Shown here: in pieces, positions 11,800-26,639 of the stretch
How positions within the stretch are numbered: the first letter of the stretch is position 1
Layout: each line of letters begins with the position of its first letter
DNA from: Octopus vulgaris
Taxonomy: Eukaryota
DNA: 64,000 nucleotides
Assembly (NCBI GenBank): GCA_951406725.2
Contig: OX597823.1
Location: forward strand, 58,404,001-58,468,000
Direction: 5' to 3'
Notes under the pieces: generated by a model
The model's input: the letters and a program-made list of their open reading frames with translations, nothing else
The model's database searches: none
What the model was told of the DNA's origin: nothing
Made by a program: the position numbers and the translations under genes

Positions 11800-12532
11800 C
11801 GCAGTTTTCAAAATGTTGGTCATCTAGCAAACCTTAATAACATTCTCTTTGACATCTACGTCACCTTTGCAATTATTCATGTTTTTCTGACTTCCAGTGA
11901 CCATTATTCAGTCTTGACTTTGGCATATCATGTACGACACACGATCGATACATGTAGTCCAAAAGTCAAAAAGGAAGTCAAATTACCAACCAGAATTAAA
12001 TAATTTTGAAATATATATTTTGTCTTCATTGTTTTACAAAAATTAATTAGGGGGAAAATCTTTTCTTAAACCCAACTCTGCAATTCAATTAATGATTGTC
12101 ATCAACAACAACGTTTTGGGTTTACTTATAAGTGTGCGATTGAAACGAAAGTAAAATCCAAAGTCAGCATTTTAAACACAAATGCATAAGTAACAACGAA
12201 ATCAATTCATAGAAGCTTCTATAAATTTATATAATTTATACAAGCAGATAGCACGTACATTGTACAGTGTATGTAATATCTGATGAAGACGCCGTAGTTC
12301 AAAATTAAACCACCAACAATGGATACTGTGAAATACCAAATTGAATGTGCAAGTATTCTGAAATAAGTTTATTTCATACTATTGCTTTATATATATAAAT
12401 GTCCTGAAAACTCATCACAGACTTGGCTTCGTTATCTTATTTTGTCTAATGTATATTTTTATATTTATATATATATATATGTATATATATATTTTTATAT
12501 ATACATATATTTATATATGCATACACACACAC

Positions 12533-12595
<63 letters not shown>

Positions 12596-12719
12596 TATAT
12601 ATATACATATATATTAATTTGTTTTATCAGTTTCAGCTGAAAGCTGTGGCTATGCTGGGGCACCACCGTTTTGCTCCACTGTTAGTATTGAGAGCCTCTA
12701 CCTCTAAATTACTCTTTCG

Positions 12720-12788
<69 letters not shown>

Positions 12789-12820
12789 ATATATAGTTTA
12801 TATATATATATATGTGTGTG

Positions 12821-12881
<61 letters not shown>

Positions 12882-12934
12882 TCGAAGTGGATGTGTGGCG
12901 TTCTATCATATAATAACAAAATAATAAATAAAAC

Positions 12935-13295
12935 TTATGCATATATACATACATATATGTACGTACCTACATCTATATGTATATATACATGCATATATGG
13001 GTACAGAACACCAAAAAAATGTCGAATATAATGAGAAACGAAAACAAAAAAAACAAAACCAAGGAAACAGACATTTTTTAAACAACGAAAAAACAGAGTA
13101 CAAGACATGCAACAAAGGAAAATCCCCCTTCTTCAGCTGCCTCTGTTTCGTCTACTCCGTGTTTCGAAGGTAAAGGCTAGACACGATTTCGTGGAAACAG
13201 TCCTTCCCGCAAAGCAACTTAAATAAAAAAAAATTTGCGGAGGGGTAAAAGTGGTAACAAAAACAGGACAGTAAAGACAATACGACTTGACGTCT
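12935..13295 (-). repeat. Unclassified interspersed repeat (same family as 1-170)
   Basis: Reverse-complement homology to the start of the window; bounded by (TA)n-rich sequence. Confidence 0.65.
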
Positions 13296-13301
13296 ATGTT
13301 T

Positions 13302-13375
<74 letters not shown>

Positions 13376-13376
13376 T

Positions 13377-13541
13377 AATGAGAACCCAGGTTCGAAATTT
13401 CCCCAAGACACCTGACGAAGGTTGGAGGGTATATCAGCCGAAACGTTGTGTTAACAACAAACAAGCTGAGGACAATTATCCGTCAAATGTAAATAATATA
13501 AATAGTGTACATAATTCCTCATCTCTTAAATATAGAACTGT
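13377..13541 (+). mobile_element. Hammerhead-bearing short element, 5'-truncated copy
   Basis: Highly similar to the reverse complement of 23640-23803 (aatgagaacccaggttcgaaatttccccaaga...ttaaatatagaactgta). Confidence 0.85.
13407..13452 (+). ncRNA. Minimal type I hammerhead ribozyme motif (PLE-associated type)
   Basis: gacac-CTGACGA-a-ggttgg-agggtata-tcagcc-GAAA-cg-TT-gtgtt. Stem I gacac/gtgtt, stem II ggttgg/tcagcc, palindromic aacgtt in place of stem III. Confidence 0.7.
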
Positions 13542-13748
13542 ATACTTAAGATATTACAACAGGAGTGGAGTGGAAAATGCCAGCATCAGCAGGAGGCTAC
13601 TACTCACTGTCAGCTGAGTGGGCTGGAAACACATGAAATTGTGCACCTTGCTTCAAGACAAAGTGCATCGCTTGGTCTAGCAATTGAACCCACAACCTTA
13701 TGATCACAAGTCCAACGCATGAATCCCTGAGCTATATCCCTTCAGACA

Positions 13749-13823
13749 CAATCACTCCAACAAGCACACGATGTGCAATCACTCCTACAAGCACACGATG
13801 TGCAATCACTCCTACAAGCACAC
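13749..13823. repeat. 27-bp tandem repeat, ~2.8 copies
   Basis: caatcactcc[a/t]acaagcacacgatgtg repeated. Confidence 0.9.
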
Positions 13824-14119
13824 AAACACACATACATACACTCACTAGTTTATTCTTTAGTTTGAACTCAAAGACTAGAAATTTTATGTGATAACGAATA
13901 CCGCATTATTGGTATAATAACCCTCCCAAGACACAACATGAATACCGAATGGAATTCTATAAAGTACCAAATTCCAGAACGTAAGTATTGTGTTATGTTT
14001 ATTTTTCTCTTGAATCTGTAATACTTTAAGAAGCCATTAATTCTGTCTTGAAAGCTACGTCCCCACCTCTAGAGCAAAAGGAATAAAGCTGAAGTTTACA
14101 TACTTAATGAACTCCCACT

Positions 14120-15300
14120 TCTTCAACTGAGGGTCTTGTGAAGGCAATACCTCACATATTTATTGGGAAACACACGAGCCAAAATGTATGAGAAAATCAT
14201 TCTAAAATAAAATGAAAAATAGGATAAAATGTGTTGGACAAATATATCATTTATAAAGGAAAAGAAATAGTCGTTCAAATCGTCCCTATTAGTGGTCCCT
14301 ACGATGGAGCATGAGTTCAACAGCGACCCTTAAAAAGTTCCATGATATTATTTTACCAGTAACGGTTGATACTTTTGGTACCATTTTCAAGTATCCTTTG
14401 TTGCTCCCATCCAACGCCTCCCAGAACAAGTCACACGCTTATTGTTGATTGTACCGGCTTTGGGTGGAGACTGCAATATATTTTACGAACAGGCCATTCT
14501 TATTTAAATTCCGAACGCATCCTTTATTAACCTGCTCAACTGTCGATGCGGTATGGTTATTCTTTCGAACCCATTTTATATTGCAGCTTTTGGCGGTCGT
14601 ATTGGTACCCGGCACCAAGAGCGGGATGGTTGAATAATTACCATAGTCTCAGATATACTTGGGAACCCAGCCGGAGAATTTAATGGCGGTTACTTCTGCT
14701 AAGACCCTATGAAGGAGATACCTGAAGACTCTATTCCCAACCCGTCTCTCTACAGAATAGTGGGTTGAGAAAATGGGTGGATGTTTACCCAGTGTATGAC
14801 TGGTTCAAAATTTCATTATCCAGGAAAATATTTATCCTACATCTGGTTAATAATAGAAAAGATGGGCTGAACAGTGGCCCATCAGAAACCCCATAACATT
14901 ATATGACTGGTACTTTTATCGACTTACTCGTACTTGCAACGGCATTCATCCGGAGTGGGTTGATCCGGCTCCGACCAAAGAGTTCACCACACAGCTTTCG
15001 AATGCCGCCCACATCCGACGGTCGGCCGCAATCAAGGCTGTAATGGATACCCACTCCCGGTTTCACTGCCAAGACCATAGACACAGGGACCCTATTGTGC
15101 TCCCACGTCCGTCCACCTTTACCGCCAGCAGTCACGTCTCCACTCGTTCTCCAGCGCGTCTGTGCAAACCTGGGAGGAAAGCCGTTCGTGCCTTCTATCG
15201 AGCCCAGATAGATAAAAAGCAAACTCAATTCTCTGCTAAGATTTGAACGCACACAACATAGCAGATAATGAAGTGTAAAACTGTAAGGCATTAAGTTCAA
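14120..15300 (-). mobile_element. Highly decayed Penelope-like remnants
   Basis: Scattered minus-strand peptides YNQQ*ACDLFWE (compare YN...KRC.LC..EK at the end of the PLE endonuclease), FSYILARVFPNKY and SRELSLL...NGFPPRF. Order is inconsistent and matches are weak. Confidence 0.3.
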
Positions 15301-15719
15301 TGCTCTGCCATTTCTGCCATCATTTATCGATGATTTATAGACAATAACATTGACCTAAGTTACTCACTACTGTTTCGACCCACAACAGGATAATTGGCCA
15401 TAAAAATACAATATTTTTTTTTCTCAAGCCAAGACATATCGGTTAAGCTTTCTACAAAATAATAAAAAAAGGAAACCGATAACAATGAAAAAAAAAATTC
15501 TTTTATCTGAATCAAAACAAGATGCCATCTGAATCTGTTTCCATTCGATTCCATATATTAACAACCTTCCAAATGTTTTCTGTATCTTCTCTCTCCCTCC
15601 CACCCACCCATCCACCATTTGGCTCTACCACGTTTGATTCTCCACCTTCAGCATCACCACCGCCGTCGTTCACCTCAAAATCAACAATTCTCCTCTTTCA
15701 CCTCCACTGCCCCCACCTT

Positions 15720-15826
15720 CATTATCACCTTCATCATCACCATCGTCACCGTTGTTGTTGTTGTTATCACCATCATCATCCATCATCATCATTATTATTA
15801 TTATTATTATTATTATAATTATCATT

Positions 15827-15859
<33 letters not shown>

Positions 15860-16120
15860 GTCATCATCATCATCGTCATCATCATCATCGTCATCATCAT
15901 CTTAATCATCATCGTCGTCACTGTCACCCTCATCCTCTCGTCATTACCACCACCGCCGCCGCCGCCGCCACCACAAGCACTTTTAGCACCATCACCGCTA
16001 TCACCCCTATTCTCATCATCATCATTATCTTCTTCATTATCCTCTTTATCATCCTTACCACCACCACCATCACTACCACCACCATCACCACCATCACCAC
16101 CACCACCACCACCACTACTA
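15720..16120. repeat. Compound (CAT/ATT/CAC)n trinucleotide tract
   Basis: Direct reading. Confidence 0.9.
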
Positions 16121-16383
16121 TCAGATATTTGTTGAGCAAGTTGTGAGCTAAATCAGTCATGTACTTTGATCTCTGTCATTATCCTAAATTACCAAGGAAC
16201 CACTCGTCCCTTAATAATAGCTGCAACTCCTAAAAAGATAACGATCCATGAATATCTCACGGCTTTCATTCCCCCCACTCAATACCCGCCTCAAAAAAAA
16301 AAAAGAAAAACAACAACAAATAAATAAATAAATACAGTCACCACTACCACCAACCACATCATTGCCACCATCACAGATATCAT

Positions 16384-16396
16384 AACAACAACAACA

Positions 16397-16491
<95 letters not shown>

Positions 16492-16600
16492 CACTACTAT
16501 TACTACTACTACTACTACTACTACCACTACTATTACTACTACTACTACTACTATTACTACTACTACTACTACTACTACTACCACTACTACTACTACTACT
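16384..16600. repeat. (AAC)n(TAC)n microsatellite
   Basis: Direct reading. Confidence 0.95.
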
Positions 16601-17280
16601 GTTTCATCCGCTCGCTTACACCTTTGTGGTGGTTATGCGTTGCATTAGTGTGTACGTCTCTCCCCCGTTACCGTTCATCCATCCATCCATCCATCCATCC
16701 ATTCATTCAGACATAACGACTTGTTGACTATGTCTGTCGGTCATGTTATCAATTTTTAGTAATATTGACTCAGCTGGAATTACCATTCTTCTGGTGCATC
16801 ACAACATATTTGTTGACCGTTTCTGTATTGAACTGAACTTGAAGAACACAGAAAATATTACCCTACACCACAACCACAACCACAACCACCAACACCATCA
16901 ACGCTACCTTTCTCCTTCTTTCGTGTCCTACACACGCAGCAGACACACATACATATTCACACATAAATACGCACACACATATACATACACATACACATAT
17001 ACATACACATACACATACGCATACGCATACACACAGGCAATCATAAACTCAGACACACATCGTCTATCTGCAGTCTGAACCTCTAACCTAACTATTTTCC
17101 ATGGTATTGTGTTTTCATAGCCTCTTTTATAGCATATATTTCAGATTTCAATGGAATTCTTTATTATTATATTTTTTGCTCCATCCTATCTTTAACAGAG
17201 TCTTTAGATCAAAATTCTTTTATTTATGCAACATTTTTGTATGGTACCGTCTGATTTATTGAACTCTCCCTCTGTGCCTT

Positions 17281-17570
<290 letters not shown>

Positions 17571-18098
17571 AGGCACACACACATACATGCAGAGACAGAC
17601 AGACGGACAGACGGACACACGCATATATGTATGATTATGTGATTGTAAATATGATTATATGTGTGATTGTGTTTGCGTTTTTCTCTCTTCTCTAATTTCA
17701 TTTTTCTTTCTTCTTTCTTTCTATTTTTGTATATTCTTTTTGCCTTGGCTAAATTATGATCAGTGTGTATTATGAGTTCCATATCTAAAGTCAGCCGACG
17801 AAAGTTTTCATCAAACGCAAATTACACACACACCACACACACACATAAATGCACACAAAAATACAAGCCACATATATGTATACACATACACAAACATGTA
17901 TGTATGTATGTATGTATGTATCAAAAATAGAAAAACCACCATCACACTTCGTGAAAAGACCCTGGAATTTTTTATGCTTTTTTTCTGTATCCTTTCATAA
18001 TAATCTGTACCCGAAAACCCTTATGAATTCTTTGCATTCTTTTTATGTATTATTTTTGTTTTGGTCTGTGACTTCATTTTATTTTTGTTTTGGGGTTC

Positions 18099-18147
<49 letters not shown>

Positions 18148-18640
18148 ATTCCTGTGTAGAACAAAATAACAAAAACCGAAATATGCAAAACAAAAATAAA
18201 AAATAAAAGCTAAATATAAATATTATAAATAAAAATAATTAAAAAAAATACAAAACAAACAAGCAACAACAAATTACTAAAATAAAATTAAGAAAATAAA
18301 AAAAAAACAAGGTAAGAAATATCAGAATAAGGAAGATGCTTTTTTCTTTGTTCATTTTCTTCTTTTTTTCTTCTATTTTATTGTGTTTTATTATTATTTT
18401 TTTTTAAAGAAATCATCTTTTTCTTTTATCTTTCTTTTCAAAATCAATTCAAAAGATTTGGAAATATTTCCTGATAAGTTACATTTAAGACACTGCCATA
18501 ATATGCAAATTCTTGCTGGACAGTGTTGCTTACCATTATTTATTTGTGTATTTCCTCATTTATTTATTCATCGATCTATCTATCTATATATCTATTTATA
18601 TATATATATATATATTTATTACATTTATTCATCAGTCTAC

Positions 18641-18698
<58 letters not shown>

Positions 18699-19254
18699 TA
18701 CTTGCAAATTAATAATCTTTTTGGCACATCTTTTCCTTCTACACACGCACACACACACCACACACGCACACAGACACACATATACAGAAGTTGGTGGGGG
18801 TGAGGTGGGGCGGTGAGGCGGGAGTGATAGGGAGAGGAACAGAAAGGAAAGAAAAAAAAACGAAAAAAAATGTTCTCTATATAATATATATGAGATAAGA
18901 GTTATGAATGGACTTTGATGATTTTTTCTTTTTTTTTTTTCTTTTTAACAACTCTGAAGAAATATTTCAGCTAAAAATAAATAAATAAATACATAAATAA
19001 ATAAATAAATAAAATAAAAAGCTACTGTAGGAATAGCAGCAGCCTGAATGGTGTTACTTAGCTTCAGAATTTTATGTCTTATAATGGGATCAAAGTTTCT
19101 TTTATGAAAAAAAAATAACCATATAAAAAAATATATAAACGGTAAAAAAAACAAATTTCTAATTAGAAGGCGATCAACAGGGATATATGCGCGTGTGTGT
19201 GTGTGTGTGTGTGATGTGTGTACATATACATTTATGCGTGTGTTTGTGTGTATG

Positions 19255-19311
<57 letters not shown>

Positions 19312-19312
19312 T

Positions 19313-19398
<86 letters not shown>

Positions 19399-19960
19399 AA
19401 CCCACCTCAGATGCAGATAATAATAAAAAAGCATCTAAAAACAACAATAAAATACAAAACAAAACAAGAGAAGACGAAAAAGAGACCCCCTATCCCTTCT
19501 TCTCTCTTTTCTTTCACATATCCAATAGTTAACGTCTCGTCTAACGTACAAATACAAGAATAAAAAGTAAACTAGTCTGTCTGATATAAAACGAACATCG
19601 CAGAGACCATACATTAGATCCGAAATATCTCACCTAAGCGAGGAACATACTGATAGCTTAGTTTCAAAAAAGGTAATTCTTTCCATTGAAATGCTTTCTT
19701 GTGGTTTTGTAGTAAAGCAGCTCGATCTTGAAATCAAAGGAAATTGTTTGAATTCTCATTGCTCTTTTAACATTTTCTTTAACTGAGTTATCGGTACTTT
19801 CTTATTTTCCTATGCATGTACTTAGACACACTGTGTCCGATCTATACTCCTACATGTACATAGACACAAACATACAGATATATTCAGCGATGATCTGTCC
19901 TATAGTAACTTTCCTTTCATCTTTCCCATATCTGTCTGTCTATCCTTTAATATTTATGTC

Positions 19961-19994
<34 letters not shown>

Positions 19995-20029
19995 GATAGA
20001 TATATATATATATATATATATATGCACCG

Positions 20030-20290
20030 TCAGCACCGTCTTTAGTCGAAAAAATCGACCCCAAGAGTTAGTATTTGTAAGACTAGTACTTATTCTATCG
20101 GGTTCTTTTGCCGAACCGCTAAGTTACGGAGTCGTAGACACACCAACATCAGTTGTCAAGCGATGGTGGGGGTGACAAACACAGACGCACAAACATATAT
20201 GTATATATACGACGGGCTTCTTTCAGTTTCCGTCTACCAAATCCACTCACAAGGCTTTGGTCGGCTCGTAGCTATAACAGAAGACACCTG
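20030..20290 (-). mobile_element. tRNA-derived SINE family B, partial
   Basis: 'gccgaaccgctaagttacgg...ttctttcagtttccgtctaccaaatccactcacaaggctttggtcggc' is shared with many copies. Confidence 0.85.
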
Positions 20291-20593
20291 TTTCCTATGA
20301 GCGTGAGTGTAGATGAACGTATACGTAGCGTGTGTGGTGTGCGCATGCGTTATCAGTGTAAGAGCATGAGTATGAGCGCGGTTTTTTTTGGGGGGGCTCG
20401 AAGCAATAAAATTTGAAAACAAATCGTTTCATCAAACTCATATATATAAATGAAGCTATCAAAAAATAAATAAATCATAGCTCATAAAAAATATATCGAT
20501 ATAGCATAATTTTAGAGTATTCAAATATAGTTCGAGTTTCGCTGTTCCAAGGTACATCAGTGTCGGATAATGTAGAGATATTTATATAAATAT

Positions 20594-20895
20594 TCTTTCT
20601 TCTTTTCGCCCTTATCAAGCCTAGCCAGGTTCATGGGCCTGGTTTCCCAGTTCCTGTGGAGTATGTGTTCCCCCCAGCTGGACGGCACTCCAGTCCCTCG
20701 CAGCATTACTCAAGAAACAGGAAGAGAGAGTGAGAGAAAGTTGTGGCGAAAGAGTACAACAGGGGTCACCACCATCCCCTGCCGGAGTCTCATGGAGCTT
20801 TGAGGTGTTTTCGCTCAATAAACACACACAACGCCCGGTCTTGGAATCGAAACTTTGATCCTCCGACCGCGAGTCCACTGGGCCATTGCGCCTCC
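20594..20895 (-). mobile_element. Modular SINE: head H1 + tail T2
   Basis: tRNA-like head 'ggaggcgcaatggcccagtggactcgcggtcgg...gtttcgattcc'. TSD ttatataaatat at 20582-20593 / 20896-20907. Confidence 0.85.
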
Positions 20896-20918
20896 TTATA
20901 TAAATATATTGTTATATA

Positions 20919-21255
20919 AAGGTGCATCGCTCAATAGTTAGAGCGTCGATCTCACAATCGTGAGGTAGTGATTTCCGGACCGGATTGTGTGTTGTGTTCT
21001 TGAGCAAGACACTTTATTTCACGTTACTCCTGTTCACTCAACCGTAAAAAATGAGTTGTGATGTCACTGGTACCAAGCTGTATCGGCCATTGCCTTTCTC
21101 TGGACAACATCGGTAGCGTGGAGATGAGAGGCTGGTTCGCATAGGCTCCTGTTGATCTTCCATAAACAACCTTGCACGGACTTGTACTTTGGAGGGCAAC
21201 TTTCTAGGTGCAATCTCATGGTCTTTCTTGACCGAAGGGGGTCTTTACAATTTTC
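20919..21255 (+). mobile_element. Modular SINE: head H2 + tail T1
   Basis: 'ttgtgttcttgagcaagacactttatttcacgtt' core, tail ending 'gaccgaagggggtc'. TSD attgttatata at 20908-20918 / 21256-21266. Confidence 0.85.
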
Positions 21256-21471
21256 ATTGTTATATACTAAGATATTCTAATTTATTATGGACAAAACTAC
21301 GGTTACCATCTCAACTGCTATATTGAAAGATGTCAAACATCGATTGTCATCGACTACTACGAATTTAGGATATATAGAAATGAGAGAAATTTCTCAATAT
21401 GTGTTTATTTATTCGTGTGGACGTTATATTAGGTTGAAATGTCTATTCCTTAGTATCATTAAGGATTAATA

Positions 21472-21680
21472 AATGCGGCTCGCTGGCAGAATCGTAAGTA
21501 CGTTAGACAATATTGCTTAGCGACTTGTCTTTCCGTGTTTATGTTCTGATTTCAAATTCCACCGAGGCCGACTTTGCCTTTCATCCTTTCGACGTCGATT
21601 TAAAAAGTACTAGTTGAGCATCGGGCACCATGTAATCGACTTTCCCACCGCTCAAAATTGCTGGCCTTGTACCAAAATAA
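21472..21680 (+). mobile_element. SINE family A, diverged
   Basis: Head, B-box and 'gcctttcatcctttc' core are recognisable. Confidence 0.75.
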
Positions 21681-21789
21681 GTAGAGATTGTTATGGGTTA
21701 ATTAATAAAATGACCAACTGTTATTGAGTCAAATGTCTAGGTTACTTATAGCAATCTATCTTATGATGGACCCAAGGAATTTATGCTTC

Positions 21790-22145
21790 TCTTTTGCTCT
21801 TTTACTTGTTTCAGTCATTTGACTGCGGCCATGCTGGAGCACCGCCTTTAGTCGAGCAAATCGACCCCAGGACTTATTCTTTGTAAGCCTAGTACTTATT
21901 CTATCGGTCTCTTTTGCCGAACCGCTAAGTTACGGGGACGTAAACACACTACCATCGGTTGTCAAGCGATGTTGGGGGGGACAAATACAGACACACAAAC
22001 ATACATATATACGACGAGCTCCTTTCAGTTTGGTCGGCCTGAGGCTACAGTAGAAGACACTTGCTCAAGTTGCAACGCAGTGGGAATGAACCCGGAACCA
22101 TGTGGTTGGCAAGCAAGCTACTTACCACACATCCACTCCTACGCC
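21790..22145 (-). mobile_element. SINE family B, near full length
   Basis: Matches the family B consensus from the tail 'ttttacttgtttcagtcatttgactgcggccatgctggagcaccgcc' to the head. Confidence 0.88.
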
Positions 22146-22437
22146 TACTTCTATTTATTTATTTTTTAAATTGTTAAAACAATCTGTGACGGAACGAGAT
22201 TTGAATCCAGGATGCATTGAACCGGAATAGACATTTTACAAAGCCTTCTGTCGGACGCTCTAATAATTCTGCAAATCCACAACTTTGGACTAGTTCTTTA
22301 TTTTATCGACCATGAAAGGATGACAGGCGAAGTTGATTTCGGTTGTATTTGAACTCAGATCATAGAGATTCAGAAACATCTATGCCTTTTCGTCTTCACG
22401 TCTTACTATTCCTCGGTAATAATATTCTAGGTTTATT

Positions 22438-22942
22438 AGGCAGTGAGCTGGCAGAAGCGTTAGCGCGCCGGACAAAACACTTGGCGGCATTTCGTCTGTT
22501 TACGTTCTGAGTTCAAATTCCGCCGAGGTCAACTTTACCTTTCATCCCTTTCGAGGTCGATAAAATAAGTACGAGTTGAATATTGGAGTCGGATTAATCG
22601 ACTTCATCCCCTCTCTCGAAATTGCCGGCCTTGTGCCAAAATTTGAAACCAACATTATTCTAGGTGTATGCCAGCAAATATTTTCATTATCCCGTTGTAT
22701 TAAAGCCTTAATGTCTTTAATAATCCTTCCTACTAAAGGCACAAGGCCTGAAATTTGGCGGAAGGAGACTAGTCGATTACATCGATTCTAGTTTTTCACT
22801 GGTACTTAATTTTTCGACACCCGAAAGGATGAAAGGCAAAGTCAACCTTGGTGGAATTTGAACTCATAAAGTAAAGACTGACGAAATGCTGCGAAGCGTT
22901 TAGCCCGGCGTGCTAATGATTCTACCAGCTCGCTGCCTTCAT
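22438..22942. mobile_element. Two SINE family A copies tail-to-tail (22438-22660 +, 22722-22942 -)
   Basis: Both carry head, B-box and core, in opposite orientations ~60 bp apart. Confidence 0.85.
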
Positions 22943-23636
22943 AACGTCTTTAATAATGATGTTATTGGTATGTCACCTATATTTATTCATATATTTTAGT
23001 TTTAGGTAAATACATATGTATAAAAGCTGTTTATGTTATGATATTGCAGAGATTTTTTCCAAATCCCTCGCGTGTCACCTGAAATCCCTCTACTGACACG
23101 TGTCATAGTTTTACTTTCACTAAACTACTTGAATGCTGTAGCCTACAACATCGTGGCAGTGAGACTGCTAAGCTTTTTATGCAAACTACATCGTTGCATC
23201 AACGAGCCATCAAAATAATGTCGAAATAACCACTAAACCCGCCTCAAATCACGCCTAGTTTTCTTAAATAAAGGAAGGTAACTTTAGACGACGTAGTTCT
23301 CATAACTTAGAGGTTCGGTGTAAGTGATCGAGACAATAAGTACCATGCTTTAATAAACAAATACCTATTGGGGCATTGGGGTCGATTTGTTCGACTAAAA
23401 CCCTTCAACGTGGTGCCCCAGCAAGGCCGCAGTCCATTGACTGAAACAAAAGATAAAATAAATGTATATAAGCGCAGGCGTGGCTGTGTGGTAAGAAGCT
23501 TGCTTCCCAACCAAATGGCTCCGGGTTCAGTCCCACTGCGTAGTACCTTGAGCAAGTATCTTCTACTATGGCCTCGAACAGGCCAAAGCCTTGTGATTGG
23601 ATTTGGTAGATGGAAACTGAAAGAAGACTGATTGGT

Positions 23637-23989
23637 ATTACAGTTCTATATTTAAGAGATGAGGAATTATGTACATTATTTACATTATTTACATTCGACA
23701 GCTATTTGTCCTCATCTTGTTTGTTGTTAACACAACGTTTCCGCTGATATACCCTTCAGCCTTCTTCGGGTATCTTGGGGAAATTTCGAACCTGGGTTCT
23801 CATTCCTAAGGTATTCTTCGATGTTGTTATTATTATTATTATTATCATTATTATTATTATTTTTTTTATTGTTCAGGACACTGCTTGGAATCGAACTCGG
23901 AATCTTGGGGTTAGTAGCCTTCGCTCTTAACCACTTAAAACAAGATGAGGACAAATATATGTCGAATGTAAATAATATAAATAATGTAC
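23637..23989 (-). mobile_element. tRNA-head + hammerhead element with a 5' inverted duplication, TSD-flanked
   Basis: TSD ctgattggt at 23628-23636 / 23990-23998. Minus strand order: inverted copy of the tail (23938-23989 versus 23670-23722), tRNA-like head agtggttaagagcg...gagttcgattcc, (AAT)n, hammerhead, tail. Confidence 0.8.
23729..23774 (-). ncRNA. Decayed hammerhead ribozyme motif (paralogue of 13407-13452)
   Basis: gatac-CcGAAGA-a-ggctga-agggtata-tcagcg-GAAA-cg-TT-gtgtt. It has a U-to-C change in the core and a broken first stem II pair. Confidence 0.55.
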
Positions 23990-23996
23990 CTGATTG

Positions 23997-24046
<50 letters not shown>

Positions 24047-24514
24047 GCGTGTGTCTGTGTTTGTCCGCCATCGCTTGACAACCGACCGATGTTGGTGTGT
24101 TGTGTTTACGTCCCCGTGACATTAGCAATTCGGCAAAAGAGACCGATAGAGTAAATACAGGGCGTACAAAGAATAAAGTCCTAGAGTTGATTTCTTCGAC
24201 TGAAAACCTTTCAACGCGGTGCTCCAGCATGACCGCAGTGAAATGATTAAAACAAGTAAATAAAAAAAGAAACAACAACAAAAACAAAAGAATATTACAA
24301 GAAAAAGTTAAGTCTCAATTGTCAAAGCTTAGATTTTTTTTTACTTTGCGTAGTCATATTTCTTTGTTTCTAAATTTTCCTTTTATATTTATTTATTTAT
24401 TTATTTTTATTTTTTCATTTTCTAAAAGAAAATAACACAACAACCTCTACGACATTGAGTTAAATGTGTTCTACTCCCACATCACTCGAAAAACAAGCAA
24501 AATAAATGAATAAA

Positions 24515-24570
<56 letters not shown>

Positions 24571-24578
24571 ATATATAT

Positions 24579-24665
<87 letters not shown>

Positions 24666-24676
24666 CATATATATAT

Positions 24677-24715
<39 letters not shown>

Positions 24716-24734
24716 TATATAAATATATATATAC

Positions 24735-24784
<50 letters not shown>

Positions 24785-25079
24785 ACACAGAGAGCAAGAG
24801 AAATGCGGATGGTGCAGAATATATGACAGGCAGACGAAACGTAGACATCATTACAATAATTAGAACACCAACGGAGACAGGAGCAACAAAAACGAAGACA
24901 TTGAAATACATAGAAAAAATGTGTAAGACGGTGGCTTACTTTTTTCTTTAATCATATTTCCACTCAATGTTTACTAGACACACTTCTTGTTGTTGTTCTT
25001 ATTACTGATGTAGTTACACAAATTTTCTTCCCTAATTCGTTTTCTATTTTGTGTTTTATTTATCAATTTACAATTTATC

Positions 25080-26040
<961 letters not shown>

Positions 26041-26356
26041 GAATTTGTTGTTATAAAACTTGATTATAATGCAGACATAAGTTTATCATCATGCTTTATC
26101 GTAAATATTATCGCGGCGTACCTAATCTTTACAGGAATTAAATCAAGAAAATTAAATCATATTTGACAGATAACCTACATAAATACATACATACATAAGA
26201 ACACACATACGCACACACGCACGCACGCATGCACACACACACATATATTGGATATGCACTCACATGCTTATACATATAGGTAAACATATACTTGCATACA
26301 TATACATATATGCATATGTATATGTATGTATATGTATATATGTATATGTATATATG

Positions 26357-26403
<47 letters not shown>

Positions 26404-26499
26404 ATGTATGCATGTATGAGTAAAAAAGATTTGCCAACAACTGTACGACAGAAAGAAACGGAAGAATGAAGAAGACCGAGGGATCCGGGCTGAAGAAGC

Positions 26500-26540
<41 letters not shown>

Positions 26541-26541
26541 T

Positions 26542-26576
<35 letters not shown>

Positions 26577-26639
26577 CGACGACGATGATGATGATGATGA
26601 TGATAGACACTTTGCAACAAGTAAGGACTTGACAGAGCA

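Larger units (their letters stand above)
23472..24265 (+). mobile_element. SINE family B split by an insertion at 23637-23989
   Basis: Head half 23472-23628 ends '...ggaaactgaaagaagac'. The internal microsatellite and 3' half resume after 23998. Confidence 0.85.

Noticed and set aside
12272-12312. CTGATGA at ~12280 as a hammerhead
   Set aside because: No GAAA, no convincing stem II and no stem I.
15522-15720. GC-richer Ser/Pro-rich ORF next to the CAT array
   Set aside because: No clear splice sites or homology; it grades into low-complexity repeat.
16708-16737. cagacata...tatgtctg hairpin as a miRNA precursor
   Set aside because: The stem is too short (8 bp plus weak extension) for a pre-miRNA.
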